Assembly: GCA_023701245.1 (NCBI GenBank)
Contig: JAMPXK010000005.1
Span: forward strand, 385-64,384
DNA from: Elusimicrobiales bacterium
Lineage (GTDB): Bacteria; Elusimicrobiota; Elusimicrobia; Elusimicrobiales; UBA9959
Length of the DNA: 64,000 nt
Reading direction: 5' to 3'
Part shown: positions 1 through 7,605 of the stretch, piece after piece
Position numbering within the stretch: the stretch's first letter is position 1
Layout: the number at the start of each line of letters is the position of its first letter
Made by a program: the position numbers and the translations under genes
The notes under the pieces: generated by a model
What the model saw: only the letters and a program-made list of their open reading frames with translations
What the model was told of the DNA's origin: nothing
Database searches by the model: none

Positions 1-84
1 AGAGTTCAGACCTATCTACTCGGGCGTTAGTTCCGTTGGTTAGGATGTACTGGCCAACCACTTGATCGTTGAGTGAAATCTAAT

Positions 85-732
85 ATGACTAGCACTGAAA
101 TCTGGGAAGTTTCTAGGGCTGTAATACTTTCTCTGGGTGGTGCTGGATTGATTTTGTTCAGTCTATCGAGCTTACTATCAAAAATCTGGGCAGATAGAAT
201 TCTTTATAGAGAAAGACATGCCTTAGATAAAGAGCTTTCAAATCTTCAACAAAAGTCATCTGAATTAATGGCACGGCTTCAAGCCGTGATTGATAGAGCA
301 CAGCACGTTAGTCGTGTGACATTTGATCGCGAATTTGACACATATAAAGAAGCATGGGACAGAGTTGTGGACTTGCGGGCAGCCGTCTTATCGCTTCGTC
401 CAATTATGGATTATGTGGACCCAAAACAATCAGAGGATGACAGAAAAAGAGAGCGACTCAAGCGTTACTATGATAGTTTGGCACCATTTTGGAATTCGTA
501 TGAAAAGAATCGCCCATTCCTGCCGGAACAGATTTATCATGAGTTTTCGAATCTTGCAGATATAACACGAAAAGAAGAGGCGTATTATAGGTTTGATTCC
601 CCTAAAGAAGACGTCAGAAAGTATTGGGAAGATAGCCTGAAACATAGGGATGAGATCATCGGGAGCTGTGACAAAATCAGCAACCTAATACGTGCAAGAT
701 TGCTCGAACTTTCCTCAATCCAGCAGAAGTAA
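85..732 (+). CDS. hypothetical membrane-anchored protein (AT-rich, probably foreign)
   Basis: ORF 73..732; ATG at 85 preferred over GTG 73. One N-terminal hydrophobic helix (AVILSLGGAGLILFSLSSLL), then a charged helical domain. No family recognised. Clearly lower GC than the rest of the window. Confidence 0.55.
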   Translation: MTSTEIWEVSRAVILSLGGAGLILFSLSSLLSKIWADRILYRERHALDKELSNLQQKSSELMARLQAVIDRAQHVSRVTFDREFDTYKEAWDRVVDLRAAVLSLRPIMDYVDPKQSEDDRKRERLKRYYDSLAPFWNSYEKNRPFLPEQIYHEFSNLADITRKEEAYYRFDSPKEDVRKYWEDSLKHRDEIIGSCDKISNLIRARLLELSSIQQK

Positions 733-781
733 GACGGTTTCTGCGCGGCAGCAATAACCATAGGGCCTCGGCTTGTGTTTT

Positions 782-2767
782 GTGAGACGCGAATATTATT
801 CAGCATCGATCTCCGCTTTCTGCTCTTCTTCCTCGGAGCAGATAGTCGGTCATTTAAGCCGGGGCAGCGCTGACGCCGGCTTCGCCGTCGATCCAGAGCA
901 GCTTTCCGCCTGGACTCAGCAGATAGAGATTCTTCAAAAAGCGCTGCGGGGCAAAGAGGGCAAGATCTATTTCGAGTACTCCATCCCGCGCATGGGGCGC
1001 AGGATAGACGTGGTGCTCATAATCGAGCACGTGATCTTTGTGCTGGAGTTCAAGGTGGGCGCGCAGGACTTTTCGGCTTATGCGGTGGACCAGGTGCTGG
1101 ATTACGCGCTGGACCTTTCAAATTTCCACGAAACCAGCCACGGCAAATATGTGGCCCCGGTGCTTATCTCCACACAGGCCCAGCCCCAGCCGGTGGCCGT
1201 GAGCTGTTCCGCCAACAACCCCAAGCTCTTCACGCCCATCAAATGCGCCGCCTCGCAGATCAACCAGGTGATTGCCGCGGCGCTCGCCTTCGCCGACGGC
1301 CCCAGCATAGCTGCCGAAACCTGGGAGGGCGGGCGCTACTCGCCTACGCCCACCATTGTTGAAGCCGCCATGGCTTTATACCGCGGGCATAAAGTGGCGG
1401 AGATCAGCCGCAGCGACGCCGGCGCCATAAACCTGGCTCAGACCTCGGCCAGCGTGGCGCAGATAATAGCCGCCGCCCGCGCGGGCCGGCGCAAGGCCAT
1501 CTGCTTTGTAGCGGGCGTGCCCGGCGCGGGGAAAACCCTGGTGGGCCTTAATATCGCCACCACCCACATCAACAAGGACGACGAGTTATACAGCGTCTTT
1601 CTTTCCGGCAATGGCCCGCTGGTGGCGGTGCTGCGCGAGGCCCTCGCCCGGGACAAGGTTCTGCATGAAAAGGCCAAGGGTAAAAAGGTAAGGAAAGGGG
1701 CCGTGCTCAGCGATGTTAAGATGTTTGTGCAGAACGTGCACAATTTCCGGGACGACTGCCTTATAGACGGGGGGCCGCCTAAAGAGCACGTGGCGCTTTT
1801 CGACGAGGCCCAGCGGGCCTGGGACCTGCAGCAGACAGCCAACTTCATGAAGCGCAAGAAGAAGCGCCCCGACTTCAACCAGTCCGAGCCGGAGTTCCTG
1901 ATCTCCTGCCTGGACCGGCATCCGGACTGGGCCGTGATAGTGTGCCTGGTGGGCGGCGGCCAGGAGATAAACACCGGCGAGGCCGGCATAAGCGAGTGGA
2001 TAGACTCGCTCCTGCGCCGGTTCCCCGGCTGGGACGTCTACATTTCGCCGCGCCTTACCGACAGCGAATACGGCGCGGGCTCGGTTATCGCCAAATTAAA
2101 AGAGACGCCGCTGAAGGTGGAATACAAGGACGAGCTGCACCTGGCCGTTTCGCTGCGCTCTTTCCGCGCCGAGCGCGTCTCCGAGCTGGTTAAGAAGGTG
2201 CTGGACCTGGAGGCCGCCTCCGCCAAAGAGACGCTTAAGGCCATTGGCGCCAACTACCCCATAGTGCTTACCCGCGACCTGCAGAAAGCCAAGCGCTGGC
2301 TGCGCGAGCGCGCGCAGGGCACCGAGCGCTACGGCATAGTGGTGTCTTCCCAGGCCGAGCGGCTTAAGCCCTACGCTATAGACGTGAAATCACCCGTGGA
2401 CCCGGTGGACTGGTTCCTGGCCGGCAAGGACGACGTGCGCTCGTCCTATTACCTGGAGGACGTGGCCACGGAATTCCACGTGCAGGGCCTGGAGCTGGAC
2501 TGGGCCTGCGTCACCTGGGACGCGGACATGCGGTTTACCCCCGCAGGCTGGGAGAACTGGTCCTTCAAGGGCAACAAATGGCTGCGCATCCTCAAAAACG
2601 CGCGCAAAGACTACCAGAAAAACGCCTACCGCGTTTTATTGACCCGCGCCCGCCAGGGCATGGTGCTGGTGGTGCCGGAGGGGGAGCCCGCCGACCACAC
2701 CCGACTCCCGGGGTTTTATAACTCCACCTACGAGTACCTGCAAAGCATCGGCTTCCCGGTAATTTAA
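782..2767 (+). CDS. DUF2075 / Schlafen-group-3-like ATPase-helicase with N-terminal nuclease-like region
   Basis: 664-aa ORF with Walker A GVPGAGKT. The N-terminal segment [13 protein letters not shown] looks PD-(D/E)xK/NERD-like, and the C-terminal [17 protein letters not shown] is typical of SF1-like helicase ends. Start is ambiguous (TTG 773 or GTG 782). Confidence 0.8.
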   Translation: MRREYYSASISAFCSSSSEQIVGHLSRGSADAGFAVDPEQLSAWTQQIEILQKALRGKEGKIYFEYSIPRMGRRIDVVLIIEHVIFVLEFKVGAQDFSAYAVDQVLDYALDLSNFHETSHGKYVAPVLISTQAQPQPVAVSCSANNPKLFTPIKCAASQINQVIAAALAFADGPSIAAETWEGGRYSPTPTIVEAAMALYRGHKVAEISRSDAGAINLAQTSASVAQIIAAARAGRRKAICFVAGVPGAGKTLVGLNIATTHINKDDELYSVFLSGNGPLVAVLREALARDKVLHEKAKGKKVRKGAVLSDVKMFVQNVHNFRDDCLIDGGPPKEHVALFDEAQRAWDLQQTANFMKRKKKRPDFNQSEPEFLISCLDRHPDWAVIVCLVGGGQEINTGEAGISEWIDSLLRRFPGWDVYISPRLTDSEYGAGSVIAKLKETPLKVEYKDELHLAVSLRSFRAERVSELVKKVLDLEAASAKETLKAIGANYPIVLTRDLQKAKRWLRERAQGTERYGIVVSSQAERLKPYAIDVKSPVDPVDWFLAGKDDVRSSYYLEDVATEFHVQGLELDWACVTWDADMRFTPAGWENWSFKGNKWLRILKNARKDYQKNAYRVLLTRARQGMVLVVPEGEPADHTRLPGFYNSTYEYLQSIGFPVI

Positions 2768-2841
2768 TTCAAAATAGTCATTTCCAACCCGACAGACCGT
2801 TGTCGGGTTGGCCTGCTATGCTATTGGCAGGAGGGGGCATT
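2358..2841 (+). repeat. repeat A1: DUF2075 3' end plus downstream palindrome/promoter (direct repeat of 3793..4277)
   Basis: Aligned by eye with 3793..4277. The encoded 126 aa differ at 6 positions, and the intergenic palindrome and -10 are identical. Confidence 0.85.
2786..2822 (+). promoter_or_regulatory. palindrome AACCCGACA-N6-TGTCGGGTT + 6 nt + TGcTATGCT extended -10 (module copy 1)
   Basis: CCCGACA 2788-2794, TGTCGGG 2801-2807, TATGCT 2817-2822. GGAGGGGG RBS and ATG 2842 follow. Confidence 0.7.
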
Positions 2842-3789
2842 ATGGGTATTAAGAGAATCACAGTGCAGGGAAAGGACGTTTCCATTATAGAGAAGGGGAA
2901 CGCCGATTATATCTCGTTGGGTGACATGGCCAGGAAGTTCGGCGATGAACTGCTTGTTTATGCCTGGATGCGCAACCGCAACACAGTGGAATTCCTTGGC
3001 ATATGGGAAAGGTTAAATAACCCGGATTTTAACCCTATCGAATTCGATAGGGTTAAAAAAGAAGCCGGGCTGAACAGTTTTACGCTTTCCCCGAAAAAAT
3101 GGCGCGAAGCGACCGGCGCGATCGGAGTGATTTCAAGGGCCGGGCGTTACGGAGGCGGTATCTTCGCCCATAAGGACATCGCCTTCGAATTCGCGGCCTG
3201 GCTCAGCCCAGAATTCAAACTATACCTGATAAAGGAATTTCAGCGCCTGAAGGAGGCCGAGGCCGAGCGCCTGAAAACAGGCTGGGATGTTCAGCGTGCG
3301 CTCGCTAAAGTGAATTACCGCATCCACACGGACGCCATAAAAGAGGTGCTGCTGCCGCCGCGCCTGGGGCATGCCCAGATAGAAGCCGTCTATGCCAGCG
3401 AGGCGGACCTGCTGAACGTAGCCCTGTTCGGCCGCACGGCGGCGCAGTGGCGGCAGGAGAATCCCGCGAGGCAAGGCAATATGCGTGACTATGCCACTGT
3501 TGATCAGTTGGTTGTTCTTTCAAATCTCGAAAGCGTGAATTCGGTGCTGATTCGGCAGGGGCTGACGCAGAGTCAAAGGCTGCGTCAATTGAATGCCACG
3601 GCGATAGCACAGATGCACTCGCTGCTCGGACTACCGGCTGTCAGGCGCCTTGGGACAAAGGAACCGGAGGCAAAATACACGGCCGGATCAAACCGGAAGT
3701 CAAAGGGGTCGAATTCGACCCCTTATCAATATTTTAATTATGGCGAATCTGCCATATTTAGAACGGTTAGGAGGGTACATGAAAACTAA
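2842..3789 (+). CDS. KilA-N domain protein (antirepressor-like)
   Basis: The N-terminus (ISLGDMARKFG...WMRNRNTVEFLGIWE...GGIFAHKDIAFEFAAWLSPEFKLYLIKEFQRL) matches KilA-N proteins as I remember them. RBS lies before ATG 2842. Confidence 0.8.
   Translation: MGIKRITVQGKDVSIIEKGNADYISLGDMARKFGDELLVYAWMRNRNTVEFLGIWERLNNPDFNPIEFDRVKKEAGLNSFTLSPKKWREATGAIGVISRAGRYGGGIFAHKDIAFEFAAWLSPEFKLYLIKEFQRLKEAEAERLKTGWDVQRALAKVNYRIHTDAIKEVLLPPRLGHAQIEAVYASEADLLNVALFGRTAAQWRQENPARQGNMRDYATVDQLVVLSNLESVNSVLIRQGLTQSQRLRQLNATAIAQMHSLLGLPAVRRLGTKEPEAKYTAGSNRKSKGSNSTPYQYFNYGESAIFRTVRRVHEN
3736..3788 (+). repeat. repeat B' (copy of 5511..5565 junction, contains a decapitated MKT start)
   Basis: ttatggcgaatctgccatatttagaacggttaggagggtacatgaaaac here versus ttgtggcgaattcgccatatttagaacggttaggagggaacatgaaaac at 5511. 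Confidence 0.8.
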
Positions 3790-3792
3790 AGT

Positions 3793-4200
3793 CGGGCTTC
3801 ACCTTACGCCATAGACGTGAAATCCCCCGTGGACCCGGTTGACTGGTTCCTGGCCGGCAAGGACGACGTGCGCTCGTCCTATTATCTGGAGGACGTGGCC
3901 ACGGAATTCCACGTGCAGGGCCTGGAGCTGGACTGGGCCTGCGTCACCTGGGACGCGGACATGCGGTTTACACCCGCGGGCTGGGAGAACTGGTCCTTCA
4001 AGGGCGACAAATGGCTGCGCATCCTCAAAGACGCGCGCAAAGACTACCAGAAGAACGCTTACCGCGTGTTACTCACCCGCGCCCGCCAAGGCATGGTACT
4101 GGTGGTGCCGGAGGGGGAGACCGCGGACCACACCCGGCTCCCGGGGTTCTATAACTCCACCTACGACTACCTGCGGGATATCGGCTTCCCTGTAATTTAA
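3793..4200 (+). pseudogene. orphan 3' fragment of a DUF2075 gene (repeat A2)
   Basis: The 127-aa ORF 3817..4200 is ~95% identical to the C-terminus of the 782..2767 product. It lacks the whole ATPase part. Confidence 0.85.
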
Positions 4201-4220
4201 ATACAAAATCGCCATTCGCA

Positions 4221-4257
4221 AACCCGACAGACCGTTGTCGGGTTCACCTGCTATGCT
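4221..4257 (+). promoter_or_regulatory. palindrome + extended -10 module copy 2
   Basis: CCCGACA 4223-4229, TGTCGGG 4236-4242, TATGCT 4252-4257. Lies inside repeat A2. Confidence 0.7.
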
Positions 4258-4277
4258 ATTTGTGGGAAGGGGGACTT

Positions 4278-5369
4278 ATGGCCAAGAAAAAGCAGGTAAA
4301 GAAGATTGCACATTCGCAGTCACAGCCACCGGCAGTAGTGGATGAAGCCGGGCTTCTTTCCGACCTCCGTGCGCTCATTCAATCCGCCCGCCAGCGCGTG
4401 GCCACAGTGGCCAATTCTACATTTACAATGCTGTACTGGCATGTAGGGCGACGCTTGCTGAAGGAAAACCTTCAAGGAGGCCGTGCTGCCTATGGGAAAC
4501 GAATTCTTGCGACAGTGTCGCAACAATTGAGCGCAGACTTCGGGGAAGGGTTTACTTACTCTGCGCTTACCAGGATGATCCGCTTTGCGGAAGCTCAACC
4601 AGATGAGGCAATTGTGTCGACGCTGTCGACACAATTAAGCTGGAGCCATTTCATGGAGATATTGCCGGTCAAAGATCCGCTCGCCCGGGACTTCTACGCA
4701 GAGATGTGCCGGATCGAGCATTGGGACGTCCGCACGCTGCGCAAAAAGATAGGCGGTATGTTATTCCAGCGCACGGCCCTGTCGAAGAATACCAAGGAGG
4801 TGATCTCGGCGGAACTCGGCAACCTGCGCGCAGGTCATGTAACGCCTGAGACCGTTTTCCGCGACCCGTATATTCTGGATTGCCTGGGCCTGAAAGGAGC
4901 CTATAGTGAACGCGACCTGGAAGGCGCCATCCTGCGCGAGATGGAAGGCTTCCTGCTGGAAATGGGCCCGGGGTTCAGTTTTGTCGCCCGGCAAAAACGT
5001 ATGAGCGTGGGCAAGGATGACTTTCATCTGGACCTGCTCTTCTATCATCGTCACCTGCGCCGGCTGGTCGCCATTGAGTTAAAGCTTGAGTCTTTTCAAC
5101 CGGCCCATGTGGGGCAGATGGAGTTCTACTTGCGCTGGCTGGACAAGCATGAACGAGCACCCGGTGAAAAGTCTCCTATCGGTCTGATACTCTGTGCCTC
5201 TGCCGACGCTGAACAGGTGGAACTCTGTCGGTTGGACGCCAAAGCCATCCGCGTAAGCGAATACCTCACCGAACTGCCGCCCATGCCTCTTCTGCAGACC
5301 CGCCTGCACCAGGCTATAGAGCACGCCCGTGAGCAGGCCGCCATGCGCCTCAGAGGAAAGGAGGGGTAA
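4278..5369 (+). CDS. YhcG-like PDDEXK nuclease domain protein (DUF1016)
   Basis: The C-terminal DLLFYHRHLRRLVAIELKLESFQPAHVGQMEFYLRWL is the typical DUF1016/YhcG core. ATG 4278 follows GGGAAGGGGG. Confidence 0.8.
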   Translation: MAKKKQVKKIAHSQSQPPAVVDEAGLLSDLRALIQSARQRVATVANSTFTMLYWHVGRRLLKENLQGGRAAYGKRILATVSQQLSADFGEGFTYSALTRMIRFAEAQPDEAIVSTLSTQLSWSHFMEILPVKDPLARDFYAEMCRIEHWDVRTLRKKIGGMLFQRTALSKNTKEVISAELGNLRAGHVTPETVFRDPYILDCLGLKGAYSERDLEGAILREMEGFLLEMGPGFSFVARQKRMSVGKDDFHLDLLFYHRHLRRLVAIELKLESFQPAHVGQMEFYLRWLDKHERAPGEKSPIGLILCASADAEQVELCRLDAKAIRVSEYLTELPPMPLLQTRLHQAIEHAREQAAMRLRGKEG

Positions 5370-5371
5370 CG

Positions 5372-5398
5372 TTTGAGGTCGCAATTCGCGACCTCAAA
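5372..5398. repeat. perfect 11-5-11 palindrome TTTGAGGTCGC-aattc-GCGACCTCAAA
   Basis: Starts 2 nt after the yhcG-like stop. Reads L-R-S-Q-F-A-T-S-K in one frame. No U-tract follows. Confidence 0.8.
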
Positions 5399-5510
5399 GG
5401 GGCGGGGCGCCGGGCATTATTTGTCTTCGAATAGCGACGAGAGCTCCGGTCCGAAGAAATAAATAGGTTTTTGACCGGTATAAAATTAGACACGGGAGGC
5501 AGGGTAAATG

Positions 5511-5565
5511 TAATTGTGGCGAATTCGCCATATTTAGAACGGTTAGGAGGGAACATGAAAACGTT
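5511..5565 (+). repeat. repeat B (junction sequence with RBS and start of 5555 ORF)
   Basis: See 3736..3788. Confidence 0.8.
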
Positions 5566-5866
5566 AACTTATCCGTATGAGCAGCCGCTGCCTTACCCTA
5601 CCCGCCCTATAAAGGTCGAGGGCGGGTATGTCGACGCGTATATCATCCCCGAAGAGAAAAAGGGAGAGGTGTTAAAGGCGCTCTACCCTTTTATCCCTGT
5701 CCCGTCGCTGGATGCGGTGATGCTGGATATCCATGAGGACAAGACATTCAAGGTGCGGGAATTTATGGTGCTGCGCAGCCCGGAGATGCACTGGCTGGTC
5801 AGCCCGGACTATCCCAAAAGCGGGGGCACGGTAATAGACTGGTGTGACCCCGAAGAAGAAGGGTGA
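5555..5866 (+). CDS. hypothetical small protein (103 aa)
   Basis: GGAGGG RBS 6 nt upstream of ATG 5555. No family recognised. Confidence 0.55.
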   Translation: MKTLTYPYEQPLPYPTRPIKVEGGYVDAYIIPEEKKGEVLKALYPFIPVPSLDAVMLDIHEDKTFKVREFMVLRSPEMHWLVSPDYPKSGGTVIDWCDPEEEG

Positions 5867-5889
5867 CTTGTCCGATTCGACAGGCACCG

Positions 5890-6081
5890 CCTGTTGAATC
5901 CCGAGCGGTCAGGAATTGCTGGAAAGTCCTGAAAAACCGCCTTAAGGCCTAAGGCAGTGAGTTGGTTACAAGGTGTAACCAACTGAAATTGCAGGCCGCT
6001 GATGGCAAATACTACCTCACTGACGTGGCGTCCCCGGAACAGCCGGCGCAACTGGTGACAAATTGGCGCCGGTTCAGTTAA
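5890..6081 (+). pseudogene. remnant of a Bro-N/antirepressor-type gene (middle part only, in-frame TAA)
   Basis: One frame reads NCWKVLKNRLKA*GSELVTRCNQLKLQAADGKYYLTDVASPEQ. This resembles the YW..LK.RL..EGSE.VT.C.QLK..A.DGK...TD motif I recall from Bro-N family proteins. There is a stop at 5950-5952 and no start. Confidence 0.45.
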
Positions 6082-6089
6082 TCGCAGAC

Positions 6090-6114
6090 TTGAGGTTCCA
6101 AATTGGAACCTCAA
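6090..6114. repeat. perfect 12-1-12 palindrome TTGAGGTTCCAA-a-TTGGAACCTCAA
   Basis: Shares its outer arms TTGAGGT/ACCTCAA with 5372..5398. Reads L-R-F-Q-I-G-T-S-K-stop. Confidence 0.8.
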
Positions 6115-6180
6115 AATGAACTGGTTGCACAATATGTCCGTCCGGGCATAATTCTGCCACAGCTTGTGGCGGAAATAAGG

Positions 6181-6298
6181 CGTGACATTATGTCACGGGT
6201 TGAAACCCCTCGAATTCGAGGGGTTTAAATTGGCAACAGCCTGTTGCCAAATTGGGCGGAAGGCGGGGCCCGTCATTTTGGCGACAGCTTGTCGCCAA
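6181..6298. promoter_or_regulatory. array of three palindromes with rACA-N3-TGTy cores upstream of tag
   Basis: cGTGACA-tta-TGTCACg at 6181-6197, TTGGCAACA-gcc-TGTTGCCAA at 6230-6250, TTGGCGACA-gct-TGTCGCCAA at 6278-6298. Centres are ~51 and 48 bp apart. The last ends 6 nt before TATACT 6305-6310. Confidence 0.5.
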
Positions 6299-6310
6299 AT
6301 GAAATATACT

Positions 6311-6901
6311 ATGCGCATGGTTGAGAAAAAGATAGAGCGCTGCCCTTGGGCTTATGGTTCAAGCCCGCATTATATTCCCTACCACGACAGGGAGTGGGGC
6401 GTGCCGGTGCATAGCGACCGGGTGCAGTTCGAGTTCCTAACGCTGGAGAGCGCGCAGGCGGGGCTCAGCTGGAACACCATTTTGAACAAGCGCGAGGGCT
6501 ACCGCCGGGCTTTTGCCGGGTTCGACCCGGTTAAGGTGGCGCGCTTTACGCCGGCCAAAATAGCCGCCCTGCTTAAGGACCCGGGCATAGTGCGCAACCG
6601 CCTGAAGGTGCAGGCGGCGGTGCACAATGCGCGGCTGTTCCTGCAGGTTCAGAAAGAGTTCGGCAGTTTCTCTGCGTATATCTGGGGTTTCGTGGGCGGC
6701 CGGCAGAAGGTGAACCGCTGGCGGCGGCTGGCGCAGCTGCCGGCCCGTAGTGCCGAGTCCGACGCGCTCAGCGCGGACCTCAAGCGCCGGGGGTTTAAGT
6801 TCGTGGGCAGCACCATTATGTACGCCCACATGCAGGCCACCGGCCTGGTGAACGACCACCTTGTAGGCTGTTTCCGCCACAAGCCCTGCCAGCGCGGCTA
6901 G
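6311..6901 (+). CDS. tag: DNA-3-methyladenine glycosylase I
   Basis: ERCPWAYGSSPHYIPYHDREWGVP...LTLESAQAGLSWNTILNKREGYRRAF is collinear with E. coli Tag. The start may be ATG 6317, which would be leaderless (6 nt after TATACT). Confidence 0.9.
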   Translation: MRMVEKKIERCPWAYGSSPHYIPYHDREWGVPVHSDRVQFEFLTLESAQAGLSWNTILNKREGYRRAFAGFDPVKVARFTPAKIAALLKDPGIVRNRLKVQAAVHNARLFLQVQKEFGSFSAYIWGFVGGRQKVNRWRRLAQLPARSAESDALSADLKRRGFKFVGSTIMYAHMQATGLVNDHLVGCFRHKPCQRG

Positions 6902-6941
6902 CCCGCCCGGGCGCCGCTCAATTCCAAAAAATCCTCTCCCG

Positions 6942-6977
6942 CCCCGACACTACGGTGTCGGGGTGGTCTGCTATGCT
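6942..6977 (+). promoter_or_regulatory. palindrome + extended -10 module copy 3
   Basis: CCCGACA 6943-6949, TGTCGGG 6956-6962, TATGCT 6972-6977. Confidence 0.7.
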
Positions 6978-6999
6978 ATTTGTGAGGAAGAAGGGGATT

Positions 7000-7518
7000 A
7001 TGTCTAAAGAAATTATTCCACATGAGATACTTGAGTCAAAGATACTTTTGATCCGTAAACATAAAGTCCTGCTCGACCGCGACCTCGCAGCTCTATACCA
7101 GGTTGAAACCCGCGTATTGAACCAGGCGGTAAGACGTAATCTCGACCGCTTCCCGGAGGACTTTATTTTTAAGTTGACCCGCGATGAAATACGAGACTTA
7201 TCACAATTTGTGATAAGTCCGGGGCTCAAACATGCTCCTAACGTATTTGCGTTTACGGAGCAGGGGGTGGCGATGCTTTCCGGGGTGCTTCACAGTAAGC
7301 GCGCCATAGCGGTCAACATCGCTATAATGCGCACCTTCGTCAAATTGCGTGGGTTGCTGGCCGAGCACGTTGACCTGAGGCGCAAACTGGAGGAGATGGA
7401 AAAGAAATATGACTACCAGTTCAAAGTGGTGTTCGACGCCATTAAAAGCCTTATCGCGGAGCCGCCGCCGGTTAAGAAGATAGGTTTTACGGCAAAGATC
7501 CAGGGTCACAATTTGTGA
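7000..7518 (+). CDS. ORF6N domain protein (Rha/antirepressor-like DNA-binding)
   Basis: VLLDRDLAALYQVETRVLNQAVRRNLDRFPEDFIFKLT...FAFTEQGVAMLSGVLHSKRAIAVNIAIMRTF is the typical ORF6N core. AAGGGG RBS precedes ATG 7000. Confidence 0.8.
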   Translation: MSKEIIPHEILESKILLIRKHKVLLDRDLAALYQVETRVLNQAVRRNLDRFPEDFIFKLTRDEIRDLSQFVISPGLKHAPNVFAFTEQGVAMLSGVLHSKRAIAVNIAIMRTFVKLRGLLAEHVDLRRKLEEMEKKYDYQFKVVFDAIKSLIAEPPPVKKIGFTAKIQGHNL

Positions 7519-7605
7519 CCTTGAAGCGTTACGTCATGGCGGCTGCAAATTGGAGCCGGCGCGGGATATGGCGCAGCGGGGGCGGGTTTGGGTATACTAT
7601 TGGGT

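Noticed and set aside
2786-2809. The CCCGACA-N6-TGTCGGG hairpins as rho-independent terminators of the upstream genes
   Set aside because: No U-tract follows any copy. The strictly fixed 6-nt distance to an extended -10 in all five copies points to a promoter-linked role. The ssb copy sits right after a separate, canonical terminator.
3817-4200. 127-aa ORF as an independent small gene
   Set aside because: It is ~95% identical to the C-terminus of the full-length DUF2075 gene, with no RBS or promoter of its own, so I treated it as a duplication remnant.
5372-7520. Island palindromes as integron attC sites, with the island as an integron cassette array
   Set aside because: There is no IntI-type integrase or attI nearby. 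The cassettes carry their own promoters and RBS, and the palindromes are short perfect dyads rather than 60-140-bp imperfect attC structures.
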